64,000 nucleotides of DNA from Kondoa subrosea (taxonomy: Eukaryota). The notes below the pieces were generated by a model. That model saw nothing but the letters and a program-made list of their open reading frames with translations. It did no database searches and was not told the DNA's origin. Position 1 is the stretch's first letter, and the number at the start of each line of letters is the position of its first letter. The translations under genes and the position numbers were made by a program. This document shows, piece after piece, positions 22,153 to 37,075 of this stretch. The stretch lies in the NCBI GenBank assembly GCA_039545335.1, contig BCIN01000002.1, positions 2,094,484 to 2,158,483 of the forward strand. Direction: 5' to 3'.

Positions 22153-24138
22153 ATGGATTCCGCTAGCGCACAAGTGTTCCGTAACGCAAAGCTCAAGTGA
22201 GTTATAAGTACTCTTTGCTCGTGCTAGCGACCTGCAAGCTGATGTAGGCTGGCTAGTCAACAGATCTTATCTTTCGTTTTGCCCTCTGTTCCAGCTGAGG
22301 AAGTGCTGCTGCAAGAGTTTAAGACCTTGCAACAGGATTATTCGTACGTGCGCACAATCTAATTCAGCCAGACTCAGCTAAAGAAAGCTCCTGACAGATT
22401 TCCCCCTGATTTGAGAGACGAGTAAATATCTGTTCTGTGTAGCATTTGATGCCTGCTCATTATGTGCTACTAGGAGTCAACCACGAACAACACGCTCCTA
22501 TGGCGCGCCTATACCGACTACGCTGACACCAAGACTCGACTCGTATGAACCTTCAGAGGCAAAGTACTTTGCCAATCTCTGCTTGGTGAGAAAGGAATGG
22601 ACACCTATAGCTCAGAAGTACCTTTACGCCTACCAAGATCTTACCGACCTGGCCAAATGCAAACTTCTTCGTCGAACTCTGACCGATAATCTTGATCTAC
22701 GCAAGTTGGTCATTGGCATTCGTTGTGGTTTCGAAAGACAAGCTGAAACGCCAACAAAGGAAGATTGGGCAGTACAGATTGCTATCATGGTTTTCGCTTG
22801 CGCAAACCTTCGTGTTCTTCGGATTCAAGGCATAGCTTATCCTGGCCTACGGCTCATGATTACCAATATTCAAAGAATGGCAGCTCTCACTCATTTGGAA
22901 GTCTCTCTTCGTCGCGATTTTCATGATCAAACAGGAAGGGGAATGAATGGGTTGGAAAACTTGCATCATTTGCTAGAAGCTCGAAAGCTTCATACTCTTC
23001 TTATTGATGGCGGTATCTCTAAAGTGAACGCGACAATGGATGGTCGATTCCTCATTGCAGCTCATTTGCGCAAGATCAGCAGTAATCTAGAAATCACAAA
23101 AGCTCAGATTATGATGTTTGCCAATTCCGCACCCAAATTGGAGTCTTTCTGTTTCGACGCTCAGCATTGTACGATTGATCGAGAACAACTTTACAAAGCA
23201 GTCAAAGCTTGGTCAAAGACTTTGGTCACTTTACGTATCAATGCAAAGAATTTCGACTTAGATTGTATCAAATACCCTAAATCAGCTTTTGGTCATCCAT
23301 TGTACAATATGGGCGAACTACTTCAGTTCGAGGCTACCAAACTCAAAGTCTTGCAAATCTCTTCAGTTCATCTTGATTTCCCCGATTTCCTCTTATGTCT
23401 CGATCAAGCCAATCATCTTCGAACAGTCGATTACACCATGTCCATTGACGATTTCAGCACCTTGTACTACGAATACAAGAGAATCAACGTGGACCGACTG
23501 AAATTGAATTGGCATACCTTGGATCCAGATACAGGAGCGGTAACGGAAGTTGAAGTTGGTGATATTGATCGAAACTATGAAGCTGCTTTTTGGAGTAAAA
23601 TGAAACGAAGAGGCGTGGAGCAATTGAAGGAATATTGGTGGACTTCTCGACCTTCGGATCATTTATTGGAATCTGTTCCTATGGTGGAAGAAGTCTTTGT
23701 CCCTGCTCCTGCGGAGAAGAAGACTTGCAGTCGGAAAAAGAAAAAGAAGAATGGTAAAGATGTAGTCATTCAAGATGTTCCAGTTCCTTCTTTACCACCT
23801 GCAGACGCTTTACCAGATCCTGTATCTACAAGTCCTCTCATTGGGCCAGAACCACTAGAAGAGGACGTATCACCTCTGCCAACTCCTCAGGCCCAGATTG
23901 TTGCTCGCGAGCCCTCTGGCACCGAGGTTGCATTCGTGGACCCAAGGATGACAGAGCACGCGCCTAGTGCTACTTCTCTGGGCAAGAGGAAGCAGATGGT
24001 ACATTCATCATTTCGCTTTGGCAAACTTAATCTGACATTTGCCTTCAGGACGAAGAGCCTGAAGAATCCGCTCAAGATACTGCTGGTCCCTCGCGCTCCA
24101 AGAGACTCAAGGCTACTCTGGCACATTTGCTCAATTGA
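22153..24138 (+). CDS. Hypothetical protein with F-box-associated/RNI-like leucine-rich repeats
   Basis: Long ORF 22583-24184 with LCLVRKEWTPIAQKYLY and repeated LxxLxI motifs; short 5' exons from ATG 22153; last intron ~23999-24048. Confidence 0.55.
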
Positions 24139-24525
24139 AAGCGTATGTCTTTGCTTACGCGTGTATTTCGATCTGGCGATTTGACTGTTGTGTTGGCGAT
24201 CAGAAACCCTTTACTTCTTCCATCGTACCACATTTGATCAGCATCGCACTCTTATACCCTGGCAAGTGTACCTCCCGCGCGATTTCTCAGTACATCTACA
24301 TCATCTGGTTCTAGCGTATAATTCGTCGGTCTTGGGCTCGTTTGTACAGACATCCATAGTCATTCATAATGCATTCCACATTGTTCAGTCTACGCGGAGT
24401 CACGCTTACATCAGACAGAACGCGGTGGGCACAACTTGACATGACACGATGTTAGATGATCGCATTTCCGAAAGGCTGTTTTTTTCTGGGTTGTCGACTA
24501 ACCATTTGCGCCTTTTACTAACAGA

Positions 24526-25626
24526 ATGCCTGACTATCCGCAGCAAATGGCTTTTCCTGAGCCTGAGAAATCTAGCGACCAGGGCTATTCAACGGAAGCT
24601 ACCAACACTCCGATTAACCAATCCAATGACCGAGGAATGCTTTCTGGACTAGCTATGGGAGGTGTAGCGCATCATTTCATGTCCAACAATCAATCGCATC
24701 AGCAGCAGCAACAGCAGCAATACTCCTCGCAACCTTCCAGCGCACCGCCTGCTTGTAAGATCACTCCGACTTGTTGTAACAATGTCGATACTGAAAGACA
24801 GATATAGATGCATCGACTAGTTCTTCTGCTCCTCCTGCTGGTAACAGAGTACCGTGTACTTCTTCTCAAGTAAGTCCTGTTCTCGGATGCCTAGGTATAA
24901 GACAGATCTTAACGATAATGTACAGCCTTTCCCTCAATTGGAATACTTGGGTCCTGCGCCTTTCCGAGATTTAGGAGGTCAACCAGGTTCGCAGGTGATT
25001 CAAATCTATCGGTCTAGTGCTGATGTATTGTATACATTGCGAATAGTTTATGTCGCTTCTGCTATTCTTGGCGATTCCGTACAGCCATGTAAAGCTGCAC
25101 CACACGTAAATCTGCTCTTCTAAGTCAGAGACTTAGACTGAATCAGAGAACACAGCTTCCTGTGGCATGTCATTTCCCTTTTGCTGGGGGTGAAGAAGAG
25201 GTAGTCTTACATTGCTCCTGTGCATTTCTGTATGCTCATCGGATCATGATTGACTACAGCATCAAGGTCGTTACGATATTCTACCAATCACACAATCAAT
25301 GGAATGGGTTCCGACTTCTAGGGGTTTAGTACCGAAAGGAAGGAAACCTGTTGAGGGCGGGTACGAAAGGGACGGGAAACATTTGTTTCATGCTGCTGCT
25401 TCGATTCAGGGCGTTCGAGTGCCGGGTAAAAGTGAGTTTAGTATTGATTCTGATGATAGGTCAGATTTGCTGACATTGAGATCTCTCAGCTGGATCTCAT
25501 CTTGTAGGTCAAACATTCTTCTGATGAAGAGTTGAGCTGACTGCTTTGCTCTAGGGCGCCGCTAATATCGCTTTCGGAGGTCAAGAAGTAATTGTGCAAG
25601 ACTACGACATCCTTTGCTGGCGCTAA
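24526..25626 (+). CDS. DM9-repeat (DUF3421) protein
   Basis: VYVASAILGDSVQPCK..., MEWVPTSRG...PVEGGYERDG..LFHA...VPGK, FGGQE...YDILCWR*. Confidence 0.85.
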
Positions 25627-25902
25627 TCCTTCCTGATCGACTGCTACAAGATCTGTAAAAGAACACTGAAAACGAAATCACTCAAACATGCATACATGCT
25701 AAGATTATTCCTATCATTTCCCTTCGCAGTAACACCGATAATTATATAGAACAACCCGAGCACTTGCCTTGAAGAATGGAATACACGGCCGGACACACAA
25801 GAGAGTTATATGTAGAAATAGATCTTTAACATGCTATTCCTTTAAGCCACGAGTTTGATTTGCGACAATGCCACTTTCAATACATGTTGATCACTTGCAA
25901 CC

Positions 25903-28089
25903 ATGTCGGCCGTCAATGGAATACCCAATGGCGTTCATCCAGCTAATGGAGAGCCTACGACGACATCAGGCAAAGTCAAGACGAGTCGAGCAGCGTTGAA
26001 GCGACAGAAAAAGAAAGCAAAGAAAGCTTCAAACAGTCAATCTGCTACTGAAAGTGAATCTGAGCTTTCTTCTGCTGCTGAAGATGCAGAACCTGAGCAA
26101 CCTTCATTGGTGCGTCTGTCCATTCATTCAGCAATCAAGGGTGAGAAACTTATTAAGACACGATATTTACAGGCCAAGTCAAAGTTACCTTCTATTGTGG
26201 ATGAAATCTTAGCTGAAGTCAAGGACGATGAGGAAATGACTGATGCACCTGGTCTGGCTCAATTCAAGGATGTCTTTGCCAAATTCAGATCAGAAATAGC
26301 AGATGTATGTTTGCCTCAATTTCTGCTCTATGGATATGCTAATATCTGTTCTTATGTTATTAGGAAGAAGAAGGAATTGCTGCAGATGAGGGACCATTGA
26401 AAGGACAAGTCATTTACTCGGACGATGAAGCAGACAGCGAAGGTTCTTCAAATGAAGGCGAAAAGGGAGAAGCGCCAATTTCCAAACGCAAGCTAAGGAA
26501 AGAAACTCGATTATCTGTTGCTGAACTCAAACGATTGGTCAAAAGACCTGAAGTTGTTGAATGGGTTGATGTCACAGCAGCCGATCCAAGATTACTCATT
26601 TGCTTGAAATCATATAGAAACGCTATTCCAATACCTCAACATTGGTCAGCGAAACGTGATTACTTGGCTGGCAAACGTGGAATAGAAAAACCTCCCTTTC
26701 AACTTCCTTCTTACATCGCTGATACCGGTATTGGTATACAAAGAGAGGCGGTCAAAGAGAAAGAAGAGGGTCAATCCTTGAAGCAAAAGACTAGAGAAAG
26801 AGTGCAACCAAAGATGGGCAAGATTGATATCGATTATCAGAAATTGCACGATGCTTTCTTCAAGTATCAAGTACCAGGAAAGATGACCTTGTTTGGAGAA
26901 ATGTGCGCATTTCATTCATACTTTCCGCACTCTTGCAAGTGCTAATAGGGTGCTGCTGTGTACAGGTACTATGAAGGCAAAGAATTCGAGACCGATTTAC
27001 GAAACAAACGACCTGGTGATCTATCTAAAGAACTTATCGAAGCACTTTCAATTCCTCCTCTAGCGCCTCCGCCTTGGTTGATCGCCATGCAACGATTCGG
27101 TCCACCACCTTCTTACCCACAACTCAAAATCGCAGGTCTCAATTGCCCTATACCTGAAGGCGCTCAATGGGGTTTCCATCCAGGTGGATGGGGTAAACCT
27201 CCAGTAGATGAATACATGCGTCCTTTGTATGGTGATGTTTTCGGAGTCAACACTGCAAACGCTTCAACAGATTATAATGCCGATCCCGGTTTACCTATAG
27301 AGAGTGAAACTTGGGGAGAACTAGAACCTGATGAAGAATCAGATGAAGAGGAAGAAGAGGAGGAGGAAGAAGAAGAAGATCAAGGAATGACAGATGCTCA
27401 AAGTTCTGCAGATGGAATGCAAACTCCTGCTGGTGGTTTGATCACTCCTTCTGGAATGGCTTCTACTGCTTCAACAGTTCCTGGTGGATTGGAGACTCCT
27501 GATTTCATGGATCTCAGGAAAAAGAGGGAAGGAACGGACTCGATTGCTCCTTCATCAGCAAACGAAAGAAGAGATCTTTATACTGTTGTGCAAGAAAAGA
27601 GGGGAGCGCCTGGCTCTGGTGGCTTTTTGGGCAGCGAGAGGACGTACGATCTGTCTGGTATGGCAAATACTGCACCACCAGTTGGTATTCTCGGTCAAGA
27701 AGATCGCGGTTCAAAGGTGAGTTTCCATTCAGCATCATTTGACCTCCGACTGAGATCTATTTGCTATAGCGGAAGGGCGGTTCTGGTGTAGATATCGCTT
27801 TGGATCCAGCAGAGCTCGAAGGCATGACCGAACAAGAATTGAGACAGCGATATGATGCTCAAAAGAATCGGGCTGCCCAAAGCGGTGGTGGAGCAGCAGG
27901 TCAAGCGGGTCGCGAAGACTTCTCCGATTTCGTTCAAGAAGAAGTCGCTAAGCGGAGAGCTCGAGCACGTGAGTCATTCTCGTAATGAAACAGTTGAGTG
28001 GTTCTGACATTGTGATCGTTGCAGAAAAGAGAGACGGAGCTGGAAGTGGAAGGAGCAGCAAGGACAACAAGGAAAAGTTCAAGTTCTGA
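25903..28089 (+). CDS. SF3B2: Splicing factor 3B subunit 2 (Cus1/SAP145)
   Basis: LSVAELKRLVKRPEVVEW, IEKPPFQLP, QPKMGKIDIDYQKLHDAFF, PPPWLIAMQRFGPPPSYP; ends KEKFKF*. Confidence 0.96.
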
Positions 28090-28122
28090 TCTATCATGGT
28101 GTACTCGATGTAAATATCAAAT

Positions 28123-29601
28123 TCAATATACCGAGAACCCTCTGCCTCCTGCGCATACGAGTATGTGCTCTCGTTCTATCACTTGCACTACCTTCTCTCC
28201 CTCCTCTTCTGTAGCACTGCCAAATTCTTCTAATAACTTTACATTTCCCCCCTGTAAGGCTGCTTTGTAGGGCAATCCATCAGAAGACCCCACGAGCAGT
28301 GCATCATTACCAGACCAGGTAAGAGAATTGATAGACGCGCCCTCTGTTCTTTGCCAGGACAACAGACTAGAAGAAGTCGGATTGCGCATGTCCCAAAGCG
28401 AAATAACTCCATCTGCATCGCCCGTTACAAGCATCTGTTCGTCTGGCGATAAAGCTAATGTTGTAGCAGCACAACGCTGCGTGCATGATATATTGCCAGC
28501 TGTTGTTTTCGCTCTTATGTCGATGATTGAGACAGGCGATGTGGAAGAGGACCGAGAAGATGCATAAGCAGTTGTGCCAGCAGCATTGACTTGAACGGAT
28601 GATATAGGATAGTCGAAATTCCATTTGGCTAGCTGACCTGGACCACCAGTAGACACGTCGAATTGTCGGACAGTACCGTCAAGAGAAGACGAAAGGATCT
28701 CTCGACCTTGCGTAGGCAGTATGAAAGCAGTGCCGGATATTGCTCGAGTATGACCTGTTCGGGCACAGGTGAGATTTGTGAACCCAACCTTTGCATATCA
28801 TTTACCTGTTAGTGTTTGAGGATTGCTTCCAGTAGCAAATGACCATAGCCGTAGAGTAGTGTCTAGACTTCCAGTCAGAACAACTTGTCCGCTCGGGAAC
28901 TGAAAGCAGTTGAGCAACTAAATTTACCCTTCGCAGCCAATTCAGCTTACGAATTTCGCAGTGCTTATATCTGACTTGTGCTCTTTCTTCGGCTCCCGTA
29001 AGACTTGTTCCATGCCCGTGCCGTTGGCAATTTCGCCAAACAGCAGCTGTCCATTCTTCCCTGCACTGGCGAAAGATGTGCTACCTGAAGAAGAAGTAGA
29101 AGGTGATAGATCGAAAGCTTCGATCTAGCCCTCCAATTAGTATAGACTATGGAACAGAAGCATAACGTACACCTTGAGGATGTAAATCTTTAGCTAAGCG
29201 TTTCCTTCGTTTTATAGGAATGTCCTTGATTCCAAGGGAGGGAGCGGAGACGAGGAATGTCTTCTGCGAAGATATACTGTAAGTCGGTTTGGAGTGCGCA
29301 GGTTGTGCTTACATCGCTTGATTGCTGCAATGTGATTCCATCTCTTGCTTCGTAAGTCAACCCTCCTTCAGCTGTTGCCCGACACCTAGCTTTGCCATGT
29401 ACAGACGCTTGACCGCTCTGATATGCAGAGATCCAAATATCTTCAGCTCCTACGTCGCCAGACTGGAGAAAGCGTGCATTCATTAATTGGACAAAACTAT
29501 CGCAGACTAGCAGGACGCACGAGGATGTCTAGCTCGACAGCTTGATGGTCTCTCTGAATGTCGACGAATGCCAAATGCAGCACCTTCTGCTCAGTCGACA
29601 T
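28123..29601 (-). CDS. RPN14: WD40 proteasome assembly chaperone, Rpn14/PAAF1-like
   Basis: IWISAY...SVHGK N-terminal motif; HKSDI...FPSGQVVLTGSLD; GHTRAI...ILSSSLDGTVR; TGDADGVISLWD. Confidence 0.78.
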
Positions 29602-29850
29602 CGTTGATCACGCAAACCAAGAAAACATCGGAAATTGTGTGTATTACGTAATCCGAGGGAACGAGAAATGAGACTCGAAGGTCTATCGAAGCATGGAAGG
29701 CGCGATTAAGCAATCTCACATTGCATACAATCTGCTTGTGAACTAAACGAGTGTATGGAAGCTCCGCTTTCTTTTGTGTACAAGATCTAGCTATACAGGT
29801 TTTGCAAACCGAACAATATTAGGGAGCGAGCACTTGAGAGAGGTGATGCA

Positions 29851-31815
29851 TCAAAGCGCCAAATCTTCTACACTCTTACTGTCTGCCTTCTCAAAGTCGC
29901 TCTTGAACATTGCAGGCTTCATCTGATAAGTGTTTCCTTTGCCGATTTCGATATCATCGAAACGAGTGTCCACAGCGACATGAACTTCAGTAGCAACAGA
30001 GATCTTGTCGATAACGGATCTGTTAGGGAGAATTAAGCTCGAGCACAGCATCGATACTGCAAGTAACAAACAAAGGAAGACCAAGTGCTACTCGGACTTG
30101 ATCGTCTGCGGTCCGTTTCCTGGTCCTGCCAGTAGACAAAGACGTTTCTTTCCAAGTTCGAACTGCAAGCGTCAAGAGACCAAGTGTTCCAAAGATAGAA
30201 AACTATAAGAGCATTATTAAACTCCACGATGATGATAGGCATGTCAACTGACCACATAGAATTGCCCAACAGCTGAAATTGTGTAAGCCCGCTCGTTCGT
30301 GAAGAAGGAGGCGTAGTTGGACACAGGAGGTACAGCGAATGCAGAGTATCCGACTGTGGCAGCACTAATGCAAGCTGCTTTGATTAGAAGTAACTGTCGA
30401 TTCAAGACTGGTAAGATAAGCAACCAACGAAGTAGCTCGCCAGACGTACCTGATAGGTGAACTTCAGTTCATTCACGCTTGACCGCTTGGCACCCTCATC
30501 TCCGGAGTACATCTGCCCGAGTTGCGTCACATCACGAGATATTTGTCTCCTCAAAATACGTGTGTAGAAAACAGCGGCTGATAGCTGTATACAAGAAGAA
30601 GTCAAGGGCTGTCAAACCCGTTGAAGGCAATTGCTTACGAAGAAGACAGTGACGAAAAGTAGAATACTAAGAAGGATAGTGTAAGTGGTTTCTGCAAGTC
30701 TCGAGTAGGTTTTCATGGTATCCAGAATGCTGGTAAGTTGCCCGAGCCATTGCTGAATACTCTCTATGAATCCGTGTGCGGGATCCGCATAGCAAGGACT
30801 TACAGGTTGAAGCTGTGGCGGCGACACACCATCCCATGTTGCTGCTGCTTCCATCAAGCTGGCTTGAAGATCAATGACCTTTTCCCATCCTGAACGTACA
30901 ATAAGCAGAAGTCATACTCGCTTTTGCTTTGGCTCTTACCTCTTGCGAAGACTGGTGGGCAAACAATGCACATGGTCGCAATTGGTGCGACTGAAGAACC
31001 CAAATGAGTAAAGCAAAACGCCGGACTTGGGAAGAACTGACAGCAAGCGATATAGCTAAACGCGAAGAAGAAGTTGACGATCCAAGCAGGTACAACGTAG
31101 AATTGCGATCGGCGAAGGTAAAGACTGAGGTAGATTGATGCTGTCATTCCATGACTTTCCGCTATACTGTAAAGATTGGTTGAGCTTGTGGTACGGGTCG
31201 TGAAGGAATGCTCACAAGCTCGCGAAGAGAAACATCCACTGTCCGAAGAATGAGCTCTGAAGTACTACCAATCGGCAAGTTCACATACCTTAGGAAATTG
31301 ACTTGCCACGAAAGCACGCGGGTCCATCGAGCGATCTGAACCCTTGAGCAGAATCCAAAGATCGACTTCGGCGAGCGTGATATATATGAAGGAGAAGATT
31401 AGCCAAATGAAAGTGGCATTTGGCAAGTATAAGATTCCGTGGTCTATTTTACTAGCATCAGTGAAGTGCAATGGATTTCGAGATTTGACTCGCTGGTCTC
31501 CTTGGCTCGGAGAAACCATGTATCTTTATTTCGGAATTTGCCTGCCAAGCTTGCTACACAGAACTGGAGCATAATGTAAGCTGGGGGTCAAAGTGCACAG
31601 ATATGGACCTACTATCCAAGCAAAACACAGCAGCACACCATTAGCGATCAAATTGACTGTCAGCGATTCTCCAGTGGGTGGAAGAATGAGATCCGGCAAA
31701 GCAGCTGCAAGGCAAGAGTCAGCAATCAGAAAAGCGCGCATTGAGATGACGCACCACTCAGGTAGCCATAGGGATTGACTCCAGCAGGAATAGTCGAAAT
31801 GAGGGCGACAATGGC
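29851..31815 (-). CDS. Hypothetical multi-pass membrane protein, many short exons
   Basis: Chain of hydrophobic minus-strand ORFs separated by intron-like gaps; family not recognised. Confidence 0.5.
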
Positions 31816-32772
31816 ATCCATGTTGAGAAAATTAAGAGAGTGCGAACGAGAGAAAGGAAAAGCACGAAAACTACTGTAGGAGCGAGCGAGGATAAGACCA
31901 CACCGCGAGATGGGCTAGAAGAACATTTCTGACCACGTCTGGCGGCCACGCTATCGTTCTCATTTGATGAAGTTGCTTTCTAGCCGCGTGAATGATTAGA
32001 AGAGCACGAGCTTGTCAGGCTGGTTTTTGATACACGCAAATAACAGCGAGTGAACCTCCTCACACATCACAGGTTGAATTGAAGGGTCAAGTGTGTGGAA
32101 TATAGAAGGCAGAAGACATGCCAGCGAACTTTGAGCGGAGCAAGAAAGAAGGAAGAAGGACTCAATGACTGTAGTAGCGAGAGAGCGCTATCTCCATCGC
32201 GGGAACGCAATGCTAGTGACTGTACTGTATGGCATAGCTGATAGATAGAAGCACGATAGGCAGATCACTGTTTGCAGTATACATTGCAAGGTTGATAATC
32301 CTCAATTTGGCCTCTACAAATTACAGTACATGTACGTTAGACTTGACGCAAAGCTCTCATACACCACAACACCTCTACAAGAGTGACACAAGCGACCGAG
32401 AGAAGTGTGAAACTTCCCCGAATACGTGATCCGCGGGCGCCGTACAGATACAGTCAGTGGGTTCAAGTAAGCAGACCACCTCTGTCCATATCTCCGGCCA
32501 ATGAATCTATCGCTATAACCCTCAAAGGTGGATACAGTAATCAGGCCGGATGAACGAGATACTCGCCTTCTGACTGTATCCCATCGATCGCACTAATTAT
32601 ATTCTTGTGGACTAGAAGTCGCCGAGCCAGTTCTGACGTTTGAAAGGAGGAGTAAAAATTGCACACGCGATTTGCAAATTGAGACTTCTGGGCGCTTCTA
32701 TTTGGTATTCGCTTATGCAAGCCGTGCCATATGCTTTACTGTGTATTTCATATGCATGTGGACGAAAGCGTT

Positions 32773-33968
32773 TCACTTTAAGATAGGAACGGCGACATCC
32801 CAATCCCCTTGTAGCTGTAAATAGTTTCAACCTTCGTTCTATGCAAGAAGTTCTCAACAGATTTACCTCGCTGCGAGCTATAATCAGCTTGAATACTTCA
32901 ACAATCGGCAGAGGTGACGACTTACTTCTTATATCCTTGAGCCCAAATAAGCAAAACAGGTGTTCCGAAATTCAGAGCCGCCATGACTATAGCGTACAAC
33001 ACTGCTACTGTCTTGTTCAGCAAGCAATATCCAGCTAAAGCTATCGTAGCTAGTATTATAGTAGTCATGATCCGCTTCGTGCATATTTCAATACAATGAT
33101 AGAAGCAATGTAAGGAATAGACGCACTGGCAATCTTGGTCTAATGATTGGAAACAATGCGAACCAAGTGACAGCGAAAAAGAGGAAAGCAAAAACTTGAT
33201 GATTCTCTTCTAATCGAGAAGCGAGAACTACTGAAGCTGAAATCGCTGCGTTGAGTGATAAAGTAGCTGACAAACTAAAAAAATGCGAGACAACATGCTA
33301 AGACAAAGCCATTTTGTGAAACAATAACTTACTGTCCCGAATCGGTAGATGGTTGTATGTAATCGGCTAACAAAGCGTTGAAGAATAGAAGAACAGCTGA
33401 TAATGCCCAAATGGAATCGCTCGTTGTTGCTTTTGTCAATGTTTTAAGGACAGGCGCCAGCAAGTATACAGTAAGAGCAAGGATAAGCATGGACGACAGA
33501 GCCTGTGATGCTGTAGAGATATTGTCAAGGATGGTCGGACAAGGTGCAATAAGCGTACTAGATTTGTGTTGCGATGATGATGCTGGTGACAGAGTCCATA
33601 CGAGCCATCCAGAGACACAAAGGAGGAGTGTAGCAGAATTCAATTGATCAGACGAGATATTGCCTGCCACGAGCAGGTGAGACATGGCCTCAAAGTGAAC
33701 AATGTACTGCCTCACCTTGATATAAATGAGCAAAGACGGCGACAAAGATCATTATAGAAGAGAAATGCTGAGAGACAGGAAGAGTGCCATAGACTAGCTC
33801 TCGATATGAATATATCCGCAAGCCAACTATAAGGGAATGAGAGAAGAAATGCATGCAAGAGACTTCATAATCACCATTCTTCTTCAAATTGGACAGGAAG
33901 GAAGGATCCACATAGTTGTCAGGAAAGTCCTGCTTGACATAAAGAACTCGTTGCCATTCCTTTGGCAT
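32773..33968 (-). CDS. GPI2: GPI-GlcNAc transferase subunit Gpi2/PIG-C
   Basis: WQRVLYVKQDFPDNYVDPSFL, LAPVLKTLTKATTSDSIWAL, SLNAAISASVVLASRL, GDWDVAVP. Confidence 0.94.
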
Positions 33969-34186
33969 TCGAGTGAGCGGAGTCAATTGAAGAGGCAATA
34001 CGGCCAGCCAGTCAGCAAGACTGCACAATACAGCCTTATCTGTCAGAGGCAGTGACAGGCCCTATTCGTCTGTGAACAAGGTTGACTCGTCATAATATTC
34101 TGGAACTCTCTTGCTCCGTACCACCATCAAACCTTTCTCAAATTCTCACTTGCATCTAAAGCAGCACCTATCACATCTATTAAATC

Positions 34187-34934
34187 ATGTCTAACGTCGA
34201 CTGGGATTCCCAAGTGAGCTACAATTTGCGAAACCAAAGTTACATTCGATTTGATTCTAGATTCAAACAGACTGTTATTGGCTCTAGAACTCGCGGAGGA
34301 GGCAAATTGACAGCAGAGCAAGCGGCTAAAGAGAAATTGTGAGTCTGACAGAGATCCCGAGGGTGTTGTTGATTTTGCCTCTAATGCTCGATTACGTTGC
34401 TAGAACGGGAGGATCTGTTTCGACGGGCAAGAAAGGTCAGCGGCATGAAATTCGTGTACTGTAGAGTGGCTAACAATGCCATGCGTTGACAGACTCGGGA
34501 GGCAGACAAAACACTGGACCTGCAGATCATCAGCGGATAGCGAAGCTTGATCGAGAGAAGTAGGTCCTCATCATTCACCACTTCTCAGTAATACGCTAAT
34601 CTATATCCCCTTGTAGTGAAGTAGCACCACCTGAAACTATTGATAGAGAATTGGGCAAAGTCATTTCTCAAGCTCGACTGGCCAAAGAACCATCCATGAC
34701 CCAGAAAGATCTTGGGCAAAAGATCAACGAGACAGCTACTGTTATTCAATCTTACGAGAATGGGAAAGCTGTACCGAGTCCGCAAGTTTTGGCTAAGATG
34801 GAACGAGGTATGCTTCAAGTGGAATTGCTATGTGAATCGTGACTCATATTTTGTTACTAGTGCTCGGAATCAAATTGAGAGGGAAAGATATCGGACAGCC
34901 TCTGGCCCCTAAAGGCAAAGATGCGAAGAAGTAA
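34187..34934 (+). CDS. MBF1: Multiprotein-bridging factor 1
   Basis: MSNVDWDS..., DHQRIAKLDRE, MTQKDLGQKINE...YENGKAVP..QVLAKMERVLGIKLRG. Confidence 0.95.
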
Positions 34935-35461
34935 AGCTACCAATGTCAATTGAAACTAAAAGAAATTGTCGTGCAGCAGACGTTCATTGTGTGCTTGAAG
35001 CTCCTTCCTTGTCTGTTCAATTTTTTTGTTGCCTGCTTCCTCTTTCCTGCTATCTGTGATCTGCGTTTCCTGTGCTTTTCTATTTTCATTTCTTCCTCTT
35101 CTTGAGACACGTTTCGCTCACAGTTGGCTCTAAAACCCTGCTTATGCGCGATCGCTCGTATTCGGACTGACGACTACATGTGCATGCGCGTCATGCTAGA
35201 ATCAGGAGACGCATTTAATCTCCTCAGCCCTCACATAAGAAGCAGAATGAATGCCTGGAACAGCTACTCAATTGACTGAAGGGCAAATGATCAGAAATAG
35301 CTGCTAGGGTGGGATACTTCTTGTTATGTCCAAATGAATGTACATGTTGATATGTAGAGTTTTAGCCTTGCATGCGCGCGCTCACCAGCCACCCTGAGCT
35401 GCCGAACATCAGACAAAAATTCATCTCTAAGGGTATAAGCACAGGGAATCTCATCAATTCG

Positions 35462-36747
35462 TCACCAATCCGTTTCATAAATTTCTCGATCATACTCCTC
35501 TTGCTCATTTCCACCCACAAGCAGGATCCAGCGATGAGTCATTACCGTTCTCTTGATCCTTGTCTCTAACCTGTAAGCCAAATCATCCAGCTGAGGGTCT
35601 GAATCCGGGAAATAGCATTGAATCAACTCGATCGAATCAAGGTGAGGGAAAATGTCCATGTCCTCTAAAGCAATCAGGAGATTGGAAAGAGGTTGAAGAG
35701 TAGGAATGGCAACTCGACGAAGATAAAGAGTCTCAAGTTGAGTACAACTGACGATGGCCCTGACCAATAATGCGTGTAAGGAGGAGAAAGAGGTCCAAGG
35801 TTGCCCCTTTGCAGCTGCGCCATCAAGATGAAGTGATTTGAGTTGGCCCTTGAGAATTTCAATCGAAGGAACGATAAGTTGACTGAAAGCATAGTAATCG
35901 GATCTTGTTAGGAAAAAATACGTTGGCGACCAGAATTGTACAAGAACCAGATGAGTTAGGTTAGTAGGTAATGCCAACGCGTAAATTCCAAACGCAAATT
36001 TTTCAGCTCTGCGGGTGTAACTGAGTTCCAGAGTAGTGACTGCCTGCATATCATACATATTGAAACTCCCGCTGGACAATCGGCAATTTTCGAAGGCAAT
36101 ACGATCAGGCGCCAACTTCTTGTAATCTTTGTGGTATTCATACCTCGTCATCTCAATTCCTGCAGCATCACCGAGTGCGAACTCTTGCAGATGGTGTTGA
36201 GTTGGAAACACAGCAAAAAGTCGATAAATGCTCTTACTCAACTTCTTTGCTTGCAGACCAAAGATACGGAGACCAACAAGATTAGACAGACAATGCTTGA
36301 CCAATTGTATCAATCGAGGTAAAGTGGCACCTTTGACCTCTTTCAAATCGAAATTCGAGACCTTGAGATCAGACGTCAGGCGATATGTCAAGCAAGACTT
36401 AGAAGGAAGTGGGAGCGTACATCGATGTATTGAATCAAAGCACTCAATGACTGCAAACCCTGCAAACCCTGCTTTTCGCGCTCTTTCGCTACCTCGCTAT
36501 TCGGATTCAAAGTATTGAGAATTTGAATCATGGCATTATCAACCAGGTCAATACTTCGATAAAGAATCTTCTCCCCCTCTGCTCGGAGACCTTGACAGAT
36601 CGAAGGATACGCAACCAGTTTGTGAGATTCGACCCGTGAAACGAGACCACTTTCAGGATCTCTCTGCTTGAAAGGAGTTTTACCATTGTCTTCTCCTGCA
36701 TCACGCAAGATCTGAATGTATAGCTCCAAAGGAAGTCGAGAAGGCAT
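35462..36747 (-). CDS. F-box-like/LRR hypothetical protein
   Basis: N-terminal LPLELYIQIL motif followed by LxxLxL repeats; 3' end approximate. Confidence 0.55.
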
Positions 36748-37075
36748 CTTGTTGTTTTTGCTTGAAAATAGTGCAACTTAAAACGCGACAAGAGGCTGCT
36801 AAGTGTTGAGCAGGGTAGCCTGCAGCTAGTACAGTCAGGCAACGCTGGCGCAAGACTGCTGAGTCTTCGCAAGGCTAAAGATCACTGTGCAAGGTCAAGA
36901 AGCAAGATGCAAGTCAACTAGACTCTAGCTCAGCGCTCTTTCGTCGAATCAATATAAGCAGCACATAGTACATTTGCAACTCGCAGACAATTCGATCCCC
37001 TCAGTCATTCAAACCGTTCCCTTGTTATCTTACATACAATCTCACACTCGCTCTGCTTTGACGCTCTTCAGTAGC